DNA of 64,000 bases. Source: Haliotis rufescens. Taxonomy: Eukaryota. The notes beneath the pieces were generated by a model. It was not told the origin of the DNA and searched no databases. It saw nothing but the letters and a program-made list of their open reading frames with translations. Of this stretch, positions 27,528 to 41,050 are shown in pieces; position 1 is the stretch's first letter, and every line of letters begins with the position of its first letter. The stretch spans positions 39,060,001 through 39,124,000 of the forward strand of contig NW_025964001.1 of the NCBI RefSeq assembly GCF_023055435.1, in the 5' to 3' direction. Position numbers and translations under genes: made by a program.

Positions 27528-27692
27528 GGGCGGTCAGGTAGCCTGGTGGTTAAAGCGTTCGCTCGTCACGCCGAATACCCGGGTACGATTCCCGACATGG
27601 ATACAATGTGTAAAGCACATTTCTGGTGTCCCCCACCGTGATATTGCTGGAATATTGCTAAAAGCGGCGTAAAACCATACTCACTCACTCAC
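27528..27692 (+). mobile_element. tRNA-derived SINE family B (~165 bp)
   Basis: A/B-box head and (CTCA)n tail; TSD CTTATACCACTGAT. Confidence 0.85.
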
Positions 27693-28569
27693 TTATACCA
27701 CTGATGGCTGGGTTTAACAAATTTCTGTTCCTATTTTGTAATAAAAAAGTGTGTATGGGTGACACCCTGTTTATTTACTCTGTTGTGGCGTCTTCGGGGC
27801 CGATATCAACACCTTTATAATGCATATCTAATCGACAATGCAAGGGAAAAACTTTGTTTGTTTGATGTTTGAGCGCATGCATGTACACAGCCGGAGAGAT
27901 GATTGGAAGAAAGTGAATTGCTGAATACACACAGACTGAAAGGGCTATTCAATAGCTGAAAAAACGAGATTGTTTAAAACTGAACCTTGACTAACTGCGG
28001 TGTCTCTTTTCAGCTATAAGCAATCGTTGCAGCAAAAAGCTGAATATCGATATCGAGTTACAAAGCTATCAGCACGTTCATTCCTTAATCAAATTTGTAT
28101 AATCAATATTCTACACTGACTGTCTTCTCTGTACTGTCTTTCCCTTGCTTCATTCATATGAAGGCTTCTAATCATCATCACTTATGTTATAAGGAATAGA
28201 TTGAATGTTGACTCACTATGGAACACTCAGTTAAAATAGTATTTCAACCATTAGCCGTTATTGCAATAGTTTAATGTCATATAGAGTGGTTTCAGTGTTA
28301 TAGTGTGTTTGCCTTGAAAGGTAAATACTGTTGTATGGTGACTGCGGATATGGACAGGAGCATATTTTGCCTTGTTCGATCGCTGGTCACGTGGTTGATC
28401 GTGTGGCAAGGGTAACACACTGCGTTGAATAAAAGCGTCATTTTTGCACGGCATCACCACCTAGGGAGGTATATACTGTTCATCTGAACTACAAGCACAA
28501 ATTCGAATTATCAGTTGTTAAGTGGTTACGAATTACATACCACTTGACAATTACATACCAGCATCAATC

Positions 28570-31500
28570 ATGAAAATAGAAAGTGTTGCCACTTCCGAAA
28601 GAAAGGACACTGTAAAGTTTATTACAATTGAAGAAAGAATGAAACCTCTTTTCCTGTCCATGAAACTATTGGGACTGTACTTTGACCCACCGCAGGATAG
28701 TAATATAGTGGAACAGTCACAGAATGGACGTAAGAGAATATCTACACGGCTACTGTCATTCTTCAGCCACCGACTGTATTGTTACATGGTTCTTCTTTTG
28801 CTGTGGTTCAATTTTGTTCAGTGTGCTGTTGGCATATTCCCTCTTAATGAAAGCTTACCTTTGAGGATCATTCTCACGTCCTGGTATCTCCAGTGCTCTT
28901 TGAATGCAACTATCATGGTTGTTTCATGTCAGAGACTAAGTCACTTGCGATCCTTCTACAAACACTGGGATTCTCTTTTCAAGAACGATGTGACCAATGG
29001 AACTGGATTTGGATTCATATGCCCAATAAAATATTTGAAGTTTGCTACATCAGGTGGATGGGCTTTGTTCTTCGTTAACATAGCTGCATTTTTAACAATC
29101 CTTTTTGGAAATGTGTCAACGTCAACGGCTCTACTTGGTGATATTGTTCGGCCATTTCCAAAGGAACGATGGACAGTCGTACTCGATGTTATCATGCTTG
29201 TTTTAGACAATGGTGCATGGATGTTTCCTGTAATCTTCGTGGTCGTAGTTTCAAATGTCATCAAGGGTCAATTCCTCAGATTTGGACAGGTCCTTTCCAA
29301 GCAGATCAAGGAAGCAGATGACCACATACCTGATCGTCTGCCAGAACTGAGATCTCGCTACACACATCTTTGTCAGGTTGTTGACATCATCAACAGAACC
29401 TTTAAGTGGATACTTGGAATGTCTTTTCTCCTTCTGGTTCTCCTGGCCTGTTTTATTTCGTATCAGATGATAAATGGACCACAAGAGAAGTTTACATTTA
29501 TTGTCTACTCGTTTTGGCTTGGAAGTTGTTTCGTCATCATAATATTGCTGACAAGGAGCAGTTCAGAAGTACATGACGCAGTAAGTACACACTTTCATGA
29601 GCCTTCTCATTGGGAACATGGGTGGCCCAGAGGTTTAAAACTTCATAATTCGATTTGAGTGGTTGCATCGCGCAGGCATGCCAGAAACTGATGATAGTGG
29701 GTTCAAATTGCAGGCATATGTTTCCAAAAACTTGACTCGTAAAGATCTGGGGTAGAATAGGTCTTCAGCAACCCATGCTTGTTGTAACAGGCGACTAACG
29801 GGATTGTGTGGTCAGGCTCGCTGACTTGGTTGATGCATGTCATCGATCCCAATTGCGTGGATCGATGCTCATGATGTCAATAACTGGATTGTCTGGTCCA
29901 GACTCGATTATTTACAGACCGTCGTCATGTAGCTGGAATATTGCTGAGTGCGGCGTTAAACAACAAATAAACAAACAGAATCCAAAAACTGCTGTATAAT
30001 GTCCTTCGTTTCAAATATTATTTCCACACACACAAAAGTATTTCAAAACGTTTGCTGTTTAGATATATAGCCACAAAATGTTCCGGGTGCAACTGTTTCA
30101 GGCCCATTCTTTGCTGGAGGATATTTTCCATATTGGGACAAAAGGCGCCACTTCAGAACTTCTAGGACAGGTAGGGATATATTTTTTGCCATACCATACT
30201 GCTTCCAAAAGGGTATTTTTATTCTCCATCTTGGACCAAGGTTCAGTCCCCAGGCAGCAATAAAAGTTTAGGGCCCACTTGGAGCTAATGTGGGCTGAAA
30301 ATGGATCCTAATTAGGTAACCCTTTGTGGCCAAATTCGAATTTGTCCAAGGGCTCCAAATGGATCCTGAGTGGCATATATATAGAGGCTATATGCGACCG
30401 AGATGGATTGTCTGTGCAGTTGTTGACATGGTTTTCGCCAACATGCATATGATCTGCAACCCTTTTGTGGCATCAATACCTCATAGTTTGATATGTATTT
30501 AACGTTTCAGGTATATATTCCATATTTCATGTATTTAATTAAATAATTCCCGAATTCGAACATTTAATAACGCTAAGAAAGAATCTAAACTTTATGACTG
30601 AACCCATTTTTCATGCAATTGTCATGACTCAAATTCAATATAACAATACTGAGTAATCAAAACGGCTTAATATACATAATAAGATAAACAATATAGTTGT
30701 ACATAGGAACAAAATTATACACTTACATTTGAAATGAATTATTATGAATTTATAAATATAAGTTGGTCCTGAAAAAAGTATACTAAACCTCCTGTTGTTC
30801 ACTCGAAAACTACAAACATTCATGACAAATATTTTTAGTCACCACAGAGAACAGACACATATTTTGTTTGTATTTTTGATTCAGTACCTTCATAATGCAT
30901 ATATGCATATTTCGACCTTATCGTTCCTTTTATGACTTATAATATGACTTATAATATGACTTATAATATATTGTGTTGACCATATTGTCGTACATGTAAG
31001 TAAAGGTTTCTGCTTTGATTACCCAAGTATTTTGACAAACAGAATAAAAAATGCAATAAAATATTTATGATACATTCGCTTTATCTCAGATAATTTTCAT
31101 TGCTGTCAAAACAAATAGTCTCAGATACCGAAATTCAGGGGCGTAGCTAACACTTTTACAAATGTATGCAACATTGGAAATATACATTGCAAAGACATTT
31201 AGCTAGATTATCAGTTTCCATAACTCTGCGACTTGGGGTCTTTTCAAGAAATATATAACAGTTTATTTTATTTTAGTAGGAGGCTGAAAAAAAAATTTCT
31301 TGCGCATCCCTAACCAAAATATGTCCAAAGGAAGGTGTCCGGTAAACTGCATTTACATCTTTGATGTGTGTCATTGTGTTTGTGTGGGGGACATCTGACA
31401 ACATTAAGTTACGAAATAACAATGTAATGACCAGGAAGACCTGATGCCTCATTCTCGGGGATCCAACGCTAGCCCGATTAGAGCGGTGAGTGAGCGGTAA

Positions 31501-34296
31501 CAGAGGAAGAAGCCTTGAAGGCTAGATTAGCTTCAGTTTCATTAAGTAAAGGGCAATATCTCCAGAGTGCCTGCCACGAAAGGCGACCATTGACATTTGC
31601 ACTACTGCCTAAGCACAAGTTTCATTTGAAACTATATTGCCTGTTGTCACTGTCCGACTGACTGAGCACTGACTTAAAATGCAATATATTAATTGCACAT
31701 TCCAGAAAAACTTACAATAGGATTTAAGATCCTCTATTAGGAATACACACAGTATATGTATTTAGATGACCAAAGCCATTTAATTGAAATGTTTATTCAT
31801 AATTCATTATTCTTGTCATCCAAAAACACACTAGCATGATAGCCTACTCTATTATGTGAAGTACTAGTATTTGTTGGGACCCATGTGGAACCAAACCCTT
31901 TTGGCAAAATCTTTGACCAGTTGCTTCACCTGGCCCACTCTGAATCCAAAGTGAGGCTCATGTGTACAAACTGGCAGGGGCTAAAACCCTAATGCTGTAT
32001 TACAGATTTTGTGAGTTCCCTGAGATATCTTTCCTTTACTTTATATTACATCCTGTGGACGGACATTAACCAGTATGGAGGCACGGGTGGCCTAGTCGTC
32101 TAAGGCGCCAAGATTCGCTTCGCCAAGGGAGTTGCGTCCCTTGGACACGCCAGAAACCTATGATTGTGGGTTCGAATCCCGGTTCGCCCCGATTATGTTT
32201 CTAGGTTTGTCAGCACCATACTCGTGCTCGTGAGTTTCACCGAAGTGGTAAACGTCTAAGACCTGCATCACTTCGGGCTTTCCTTCCACATTAAGCTGAC
32301 ACGCCACGGTATAACTGGAATACTGTTAAAAGTGGCGTTAAACCGAACTCACTCACTCACTCATTAACCAGTATAAACCACAAAGTACATATAGAGTCTC
32401 ATGCAGCTTGAATTACAAATACAAGCACCAACACAAACATAAAGCGCCATAAACGTTCTCGGAGAATGTTAATGTCTTGTGATCGGTTAACTTAATGGAC
32501 TGCAAATTTTGATCAATAATCTGTGTAATTTTGTAAGATATACTCTTCAAAATAAGAAACTATACATCAGGATTGCAACATCGTTTATTTTTCGAGGTTT
32601 GTATTTCATAAATATTATAAATCGTGGAATGTATAGGTAAATTATTGCTGTACAATATGCACTTAACAAAAACGGGTGCAAGGACGTCCGGGGTAGGTGG
32701 AAAGTCAGTAAAGATTATGGCCTCCCCGAGCTGCTATCACCTCATGGCAGCGACTGCCCATAGACGCCATCAAAGTCCGAATAACAGCCCGGGGGATGTT
32801 CTGCCACTCCTGCTCTAGCGCCACAAACAGATCCTGAAGTTTCTGTGGCGGCGATTGGCGTTGACGGACACGACGATTCAGCACGTCCCACAGATGTTCA
32901 ACAGATGACAAGTCTGGTGAGATGGCAGGCCAGGTCAGCGAAGGCACGTTGTTATGACGCAGAAACTCTGTACCCACACGTGCAACGTCGGGTCTGGCGT
33001 TGTCCTGCTGTAAGAAGCCGACATTGACGTTGATGAAGGGGACATCGTCACGCTGCAGGATCCCGTCTCGGTAGAGCACCATCCACTCTCACAAGTGCTG
33101 TCCGGCCTCAGTAACGAATGCCTCTCCATACCATGACGCTTCCCCTGGTCACCCCCATCACCTGCGCCACATGCTGTTGTGTTTTACCCGCTTGCAGTCG
33201 GCCGATGGCGTTGTTGTGTTGTGCTTCTGATAGACGTGGCAATTTAACGGCTCGATTTCTGATTTTCTTATTTGTGTGTCAGCGGTCATTGTCTTGGCCT
33301 TTAAAACCTTGCTGTCAGAGGAATTATCAAGAATTGCTCCGTCGCGACGTCACAACATTACGTTTTCGGGCAATCTGCATGTTTGCTCGAAAGTTTAATG
33401 AAATCTAATGATTACTTAAGAAATATATTTTTATTTCTACCATGCAAAAACGATCGGGTCCGGTGTTATAAAATTAATGCATGTATAGTTTTTTTTAAGA
33501 GTATACACTGGCTTGTAGAAAAAACAATGACAATGGTGCAACCCAGATTTGTTAATCTGGAAGTTAGATTCAGAACAACTTCACTGGGTATGTTACAGTC
33601 GGATTAACAGGTATTCACTAAAGTATCACATCTAAAATGAACCTTATTATATTCATTTATGATCGTTCCATCGTTACCAATCCTTGCTTACTTTTTGCAG
33701 CTGAACCTCTTTGTCTCCAAGTTGACAGGAACATCCACTGGATTCACGGCCATTAACTTCTTTGTCATCACAAACGAGTTCCTTCTGACTGTAAGTTGCA
33801 ACAATCCATGCCATAAAATCTAACAACTATCTTGACACAGGACAGTGGAACATAATTGAAATCAATCAGCCACTGTTCATACACTATATACACCATAACA
33901 TGGCATGAAATAGTGCGGGGCGGTCGGGTAGCCTAGTGGTTAAAGCATTGGCTCGTCACGCTGAAGACCCGGGTTCGATTCCCGACATGGGTACAATGTG
34001 TGAAGCCCATTTCTGGTGTCCCACGCCGTGATATTGCTGGAATATTGCTTAAAGCGGCGTAAAACCATACTCACTGACTGAAATAGTGCATGACAGTTTG
34101 ACTGATCAACAAGAAAATCTAGGGTATGTTTTTCCCTCACGAGCTTGTCTGCCTGACTGGCGTTTGATTTCCGCTAAACCTGGGGCTCACATTTAGTTCC
34201 CAGTATCCCATGTCATGTTACTTAACCATTCACTCATTTCAGCTGGGAGGACTGTTCATCACTTATTTCTTCCTCCTGCTGCAGTTCAAGATATAG
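28570..34296 (+). CDS. GRL gene 3; exons 28570-29580, 30102-30170, 33701-33790, 34243-34296; 407 aa
   Basis: Paralog with the same exon structure. Exon 2 AHSLLEDIFHIGTKGATSELLGQ; exon 3 LNLFVSKLTGTSTGFTAINFFVITNEFLLT; exon 4 LGGLFITYFFLLLQFKI*. Confidence 0.9.
29734..29980 (+). mobile_element. SINE-like family A in intron 1 of gene 3
   Basis: TSD TCCAAAAACT; carries only one copy of the 22-nt hairpin unit. Confidence 0.85.
32077..32362 (+). mobile_element. SINE family C, full length
   Basis: A box GGTGGCCTAGTCGTCTAAGGC, B box GGTTCGAATCCC; TSD CATTAACCAGTAT. Confidence 0.88.
32541..33503 (-). mobile_element. Tc1/mariner transposon, internally deleted, in intron 2 of gene 3
   Basis: Transposase motifs QQDNARP...WPAISPDLSSVEHLW (DD34E C-terminus). 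The N-terminal PRLSEAQHNNAIGRLQAG is fused to GSVMVW. Terminal inverted repeats TACTCTT...AAACTATACAT with TA flanks. Confidence 0.85.
33917..34078 (+). mobile_element. SINE family B in intron 3 of gene 3
   Basis: TAGCCTAGTGGTT...GGTTCGATTCCC; TSD TGAAATAGTGC. Confidence 0.88.
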
Positions 34297-35229
34297 ACTA
34301 TCACCGGTTGGCCGCACGTGACAAGATCCGTGTATACAGGAAAACAATTCCCGTTTCCACAAAAAAAAACGAACGCTGTGTCACAGTGACGGCATTTGAA
34401 GCTGTGTGAATAATGTTGCTATGATCATAACTATCACAACCACCAAAGGCCCACATTCAGATTCATAATGTATAAAAACAACTTCAACTTCAAAAAAGAG
34501 GAGGGGGAGACATATGGTGTTGAGTAAAAGCACATAATATTAGTTTATTTGACAATTATTCAACGATATCTGATCATCGATATACCTGCACAAAGATAAG
34601 CAACTGTGCTTCAGATATAGTGGCGTAAATGTTATGGAAAATAACAACATAATTCGTCCGATCAAAATCAAATTTATCGCCATTCGTCCGATCAATGTTT
34701 TATCATAACAAATTCATTGACATAACCTATAGTTGGTGACAGAAGACCAAGCGACACGCCCTAAAAGAGGGGTCGTGTAACAACTCAATTAACATCTTCA
34801 ATATAGTGTGTGACCACAATTTGCATTGATAAAGGCGATGCAGTGGCGGCGAATTGAAGACACCAGGTGATTGCAAACAACCTAGGGAATGTTGTTCCAC
34901 CTGTCAACAAAAGATTGGTCCAACTGAGCTACATGTAGTTGGTTCTGGTCCTGTCGTAGGCGTCTTTTTTTATTTCATCCCAGACATGTTCTTTGGGGGA
35001 GAGGTCTGGCGAAACAGCAATGTAAGCGTTTTTTGCCGACTTTTTTTAACGTTTTACTCATGTTATTTCATTTTGTGTGTACAGGCACTCTATGGGTATT
35101 GACACACTTTAAAGAGAAAATTTGATGGACAATATAATCACATATCATATAATTAGTCCGCTGTGTACCAATTGGACATTGGATAAGTCTTACCTGTGTA
35201 AACATTTTGTGAAATGAGGCCCAGAAAGT

Positions 35230-38200
35230 CATAAACATTCTATATTTGCATTTTGATTTGGCAGTGAACTTGTTAAAATACTATAAATTTGTTAACATAA
35301 TCTTCAGACCATTAAAAGTTGGTAAGCCATTTGTACATTTGTTTTTGTATATGAATAATTTGGTAAGAATAGAAATCAAGTTGAGTACGTCATTTCATTT
35401 TTCCTTAAATCCAAATATGATATTTCCAGTACTTTTTTCTATCCATTTCATCAAGCTGTGCCACAACGGTTTTACATGTGTACATTCTAATAATGGTGTT
35501 GATTTTATTTTATAGATGTCCAAATCTTTATTAGTTGTGAGAAGTCTATGGATCACTCGGTATTGAAACCATTTTAGTTTGGCGCTATCGGTTGCCCGAA
35601 AAGTATGTTTTCCTTTAAGCAGCCATTATTTCCGAGGTTCATTTTCCCATTTTGTTTCACTGCAAACGTTTTCATTTTCATTTCAATTATTCACTAAATT
35701 TAAATAAAATAACTTGCATCCTATATCTTTCTTATGTAGTATCTCTATATTTTGAGGAATAAGGGGCAATTATAATAATGTTTCAATGATATGGATTTGG
35801 TATGTGTGTACACCCTTATTGCTTTAAACACGCCTGCATATTCTAGAAAATTGTTATTTTAGTTGACAGTTAAGTGAATTCATCAGAACTCAAAAACGTA
35901 TCATCGCATTTCAGAAAATCGTTGAAAAAATTAAACGTGCTTTCAGTGCTTATATGGAATTGGCTTATTTTTTATTTTGATATTATCATGTGTCCATGTA
36001 TGTTGTGTGCAAATATCTTTGGATAAATGACTGTATCGTTGACCACGATTCACAGACATCTTTCCAAAAAGGATTTCTGATCGTATGTAAAACTTATTTT
36101 TCAAGTATTTTGATCCAATCTCCGTTGGGTGCAAGGTGTCATTTCGAATACATTATATCAATTTAGATGTTTGAGATTTGATGTAAGTTCTTATCCATGA
36201 TTTTTTGGTGGTTGAATTGAAAAGATCAATGGTACTCTGAACCCACCATCTTTGTATTTTTTGTATTATTGTGATATTTCTTTTTATCTTGTCGGATATA
36301 CCCTTCCAAATAAATGAGAAACATTTGCGTTGAAGATTAGTTGTTATTTCTGTCTTAAGAATAGGGAGTGTTGTATAAAGATGGGTTAACGTGGGTAAAA
36401 TTAATCTCTTTAGTACAGCTGTCTTCCAAATGCCGTCAGGTCTCGACGAGACCACATCGTCGTAATTTTATCGATTTTCTTTAATAAAACTTTGTTGTGT
36501 TTTTCTACCATTTTTTCTTTCTTATGATGAAATTGAATACCTAGTAGAATAATGGACGTTGTACCCAGTCTAGTTTATGATATTTACTATACTGTATGAT
36601 TGAAGCACGTTTTAAGCCTATCCTTATTATTTTAGTTTTATCCAATTTTCATTTTGATTCCATTAAAAAATATGCATTAAAAATATGCATAATGCAGTAT
36701 GTTCAGTCCTTTGTAAATAAATTTCTGATCCGTCTAATATAATTGTTGTATCATCTGCAATTTGTGTTGAGAGATAATTCAATGTCAAGCATTTTTAATC
36801 CTCTTTCTTGTCTATTTTTGCGTAGCATATGGGCAAGAATTTCTTACAGTGACAAACATGATGTTGGATGCAATTCCCTATTTGGACTTGTACCATATGT
36901 TCCCGTGTTTTTTCAGGTGAACAATTGACTTGACTTGATTGTATTTGTGACGGGTGCCACCGGTTGGGCAGGATACGCTCACCTTTTCGCGAACACCTGG
37001 TATCGTACTATCGACTCTGCTCTAGGCATATATTTCTATTAGATATGGAAGGGGGTTTGTCACTTCATTAGTATGCACACATGAGAAAAATGTATTAAGA
37101 AAGAGGATCACCTTGTCTACATCCTCGCGTAATATGGAAGTATTCTGAAGCAGGTCCATTCACAAGGACACTTGACGTAATATCATTATAAAAGGTTTTA
37201 AGCCAGTTTGGGGTTGGTGGTCAAGAGACTTATCTATAAACTTTCATTCTACCTTGTCAAATGGAAATTCTGTATAATCCAGCATGTCGAAAACTGATCT
37301 CGTACATTCGCCATTGTATCTACTTTTCATTAAATCTTTTTTATCTCCGCTTATAATAGAAGGGATCACTTTTTTAATATGGACAGCTGTTGTCGCTAAT
37401 GATATTTTGTAACATGTATTAAGAAGTGATATCGGTCACTCACTCACTATTGTCGTAATTTCGAACATGTTGAATAATATCTTTAATATATGTTATAGCA
37501 TTTCAGTTTCGAACTTGTTAATGGTTTTATTTAGGAAATATTGATTTTCCGAAGATAGAAAATACTTTGTAGGTTTTCTCCTTTTTAATGCCCTTTAGCT
37601 TTTGATCTCATTATGATTCAATCTCTTTTAAGTTTATTCAATTCTGTTTGTCTATTTGTTATTGCGTTTATTTCTCTTAACACCTCTTTTTTGGCTTCAA
37701 TAATGTTGTCTGTGTCAAGATGACGTTCCAGTTGATCTAAAGCCTCGATAATTTACCTTTCTTCTTTTATTTTTTATCTTCTTTATTGATCAGTATTTTA
37801 TAGTATATCCTCAAACATTGCATAAAATGACTTCAAAGAACAACTGTTCGTTTATAGTCAACTGTTGTTCTCTATTTATATCCAAAGTGTGGTATTGTCG
37901 AACTGTCTCGTGTATAACTCTTGTTACCTCTTTAACAATTTCTGGATCATGAAGTAGAGTATTCTTAAATTTCCCGAACCCCCTCCTCTTTGTAAGTGAA
38001 GTAAACTTTATTTCTACGGAAAGTATTGAATGATCTGACCTTTAGCTTTTAGCATTTTTTGTGGAGACAACGTAATTGTCAAGACTCTGACTTCAGGATG
38101 AAATCTAAACGGGCTTGTTTAAGTGGCTTTGTTTTTCTCCATGAATATCTGTTACAATCCCTGTTAACTTCCGTAAAGGTTAACTTCCTCTGACATTTCT

Positions 38201-38690
38201 AGTACTGCATCTCTTGATTTAGAGTTATTGATATGTTTGTAATAAAATGTATCTAGATCTTCGTCCTTTACTAATTTGGAGACACCGCATATGATATCTG
38301 TTTCTAAATCATAAATCAACTTTTTAATTTTCATGTAAAATTCTGGCGTATCAGTATTCGGACCATATACACTCGTTATGCTGATAATTTCATCGTCTAT
38401 CTTTATTTTCAGAATTATGTAATATCCATTATGGCTGTCTTTGATCTCCTCTAATGTATGGATTTCGAAAATATCTTTGAATAATATGGCTAGGCCTCTT
38501 GACTGGCTAGTAAAGGAGCTAAGACGTACTTCTGATTCTTCCCCATTCTAATTTAATCTTCTGTTCGAAGTCGTTTGTAAAATGAGTGTCTTGTACACAG
38601 TATATATTTCCTATATTTCTTTTAGAGGTATTCGAATTCATCTCTTCTCTTCTTTTCATTATTTAACCTTTGATAGGTAAAATTAAAGTA
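35230..38690 (-). mobile_element. Degenerate L1/Tx1-clade LINE ORF2 (endonuclease + reverse transcriptase)
   Basis: Minus-strand motifs CVQDTHF, YGPNTDTPEFY, QARLDFIL, SDHS (endonuclease); RPISLLNTCYKI, RGCRQGDPLS, QIADDT (RT). Many stops and frameshifts. Confidence 0.8.
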
Positions 38691-39025
38691 TCTCCAGCCA
38701 ACTGTCTCAAGAAAACAGTCAAAATGTGTCTGATATACACTGACGATGTTTAAACTGCTGTGTCTGTCCCTGTTTTGAAAGAAGAAAGTACTCAAATGTT
38801 AACAAAGGTGATTCCATATTGGAAGTAAGAAACGAGGTTTGCAAAAACAATACAAGACAGACTTCCGTTATTTACCTGCTTGGAATAATAGGAAGCCAAA
38901 TCCACTCATTTCAGTCATTTCGCACATTCCAGTAATTCCATATTGAAATCCAACGAAGATAGGAATAACACATTATATAAACACATTTTTGTAATGAACA
39001 TTCTTCACACATGACCTGACTATTC

Positions 39026-39669
39026 ATTTGTTTCACTCCGGTTAACTATTTGTTTCACTCTGGTTAACTATTTGTTTCACTCCGGTAAACTATTTGTTTC
39101 ACTCCAGTTAACTATTTGTTTCACTCTGGTTAACTATTTGTTTCACTCCGGTTAACTATTTGTTTCACTCTGGTTAACTATTTGTTTCACTCCGGTAAAC
39201 TATTTGTTTCTCTCTGGTTAACTATTTGTTTCACTCTGGTTAACTATTTGTTTCACTCCGGTAAACTATTTGTTTCACTCTGGTTAACTATTTGTTTCAC
39301 TCCGGTTAACTATTTGTTTCACTCTGGTTAACTATTTGTTTCACTCTGGTTAACTATTTGTTTCACTCCGGTAAACTATTTCTTTCACTCTGGTTAACTA
39401 TTTGTTTCACTCTGGTTAACTATTTCTTTCACTCCGGTAAACTATTTGTTTCACTCTGGTTAACTATTTGTTTCACTCTGGTTAACTATTTGAATCGCTC
39501 TGGTAAACTATTTGTTTTCACTCCAGTAAACTATTTGTTTCACTCTGGTTAACTATTTGTTTCACTCCGGTTAACTATTTGTTTCACTTTGGTTAACTAT
39601 TTGTTTCACTCTGATTAACTATTTGTTTCACTCCGGTAAACTATTTGTTTCACTCCGGTAAACTATTTG
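39026..39669. repeat. 22-bp minisatellite TTTGTTTCACTC(C/T)GGT(T/A)AACTA, about 29 copies
   Basis: Direct head-to-tail repeats with no spacers. Confidence 0.95.
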
Positions 39670-39719
39670 ACGCGTAGTGACTGATGTTAGTGATGGGACC
39701 ACTGATTATCAATATAATA

Positions 39720-40130
39720 CTAAACAGGAACGACATGGTATAATAATATCTGTATTTTATACAGATACACATTATTCAGGAAAGATATTTTGTAGGTGCA
39801 GTTGGGTGATGTTCTCTTTTGTATTCTGTCTTGCTAGTCGGTGAGCGATATTAAGATCATATTCTCCAGTCTCATTTGTTCAAACTTTAATTTGTTGACA
39901 AATAAATAAGGCTTTTAATACTTCTTCCGTGTTTTCCTCAGGGGTCCCTTGTATCCCATAGAACAAAAAAATTCGTGTATAACCTTGAGAATACATTGTC
40001 TTTCAAGCATGGAGTACGAGTGTTTCGTGACCTCGTGGTCTACGTTTTCAACTTTTGTCTTCAATTCAGAAATGTTGTGCTTAATATCGTTTTAGTTCAG
40101 GTTTTTCCCCCAAGGATTAGGTCATCAAGT
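39720..40130 (-). mobile_element. Probable ORF1 remnant of the L1/Tx1 LINE
   Basis: Minus strand FYGIQGTPEENTEEVLK resembles the L1-type ORF1 RRM start; it lies upstream of ORF2 on the same strand. Confidence 0.45.
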
Positions 40131-40143
40131 CTCTCATCCGAGG

Positions 40144-40304
40144 GGGGCGGTCGGGTAGCCTAGTGGTTACAGCGTTCGCTCGTCACGCCGAAGACCCGGG
40201 TTCGATTCCCGACATGGGTACAATGCGTGAAGCCAATTTCTGGTGTCCCCCGCCGTGATATTGCTGGAATATTGCTAAAAGCGGCGTAAAACCATACTCA
40301 CTCA
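40144..40304 (+). mobile_element. SINE family B
   Basis: TSD CTCTCATCCGAGG. Confidence 0.88.
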
Positions 40305-40599
40305 CTCTCATCCGAGGCTTTGACAATTTCTTCCATCATAACATAACTATGGTGCCTGAGGCCATCATTTACTAGATTTCTCACAATGTGTGGATATTGT
40401 AACAATATCAAAAAGTTACATGTTCAATAATGTACTAATAAACCGACGGTATTCAAGTATCAAGTCTTCTAGTGTTGATGTAAGACTTCATGTAACAGGA
40501 TTTGTTGAATCTTCCTGTAAGTAGGCGGGAGCTCTCCTCAAGTACGTCTTGCCGCTTTCCATGCGCAACCGGAAGTTTCAGCAAAGTTATGCTGCCACA

Positions 40600-41050
40600 T
40601 CCATGCATTTGCACAAAGGGCAGAACATGATCTCCAACGATGTCGTTTTGTTTCCGTACCGGTTCTCATCTGTGAACAGTATTCAGTTCCCATCTTGTCT
40701 GTTGAACCTCAGATGATGTCTACACCAAGCTGGGAGTATCTGACGGTGACGTGAAGCAAACTTGGGCGTGTCGCTGGACGTTGGTGCCGGATGTTGTGCT
40801 CCCTCAACCGGTTGCGTATGGTTCTGGCAATTAATGGTCTCAACCAAGGAATTGTCCGAGCTGTTAATGTGGCAGTTTGGTGTCGATTCTGTAGATGTCT
40901 TGACGTAACGTCACACGTGGACGACCAGCCTAGAGTGTTGTCCTGCGGTAGATGACGTGTCCAATGAGATGACACTGTGTTACATTAACATGTCTGACGT
41001 TTTTCGCCATTCCTGTTTGCAGCATACTAACGGCGCGTAGACGTTTTAAG
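40600..41050 (-). mobile_element. Tc1-like transposase remnant (HTH and first catalytic D)
   Basis: RHLQNRHQTATLTA...ARTIRNRLREHNIR and ILFTDENR. Confidence 0.7.

Noticed and set aside
1761-29264. Conserved antisense ORFs (1761-2081, 16917-17225, 28956-29264)
   Set aside because: Shadows of the paralogous GRL coding strands.
33917-33995. Functional tRNA genes at the A/B-box motifs
   Set aside because: Each continues into a shared SINE body and simple-repeat tail flanked by TSDs.
39026-39669. CRISPR array
   Set aside because: Contiguous repeats with no unique spacers, no cas genes, and a eukaryotic context.
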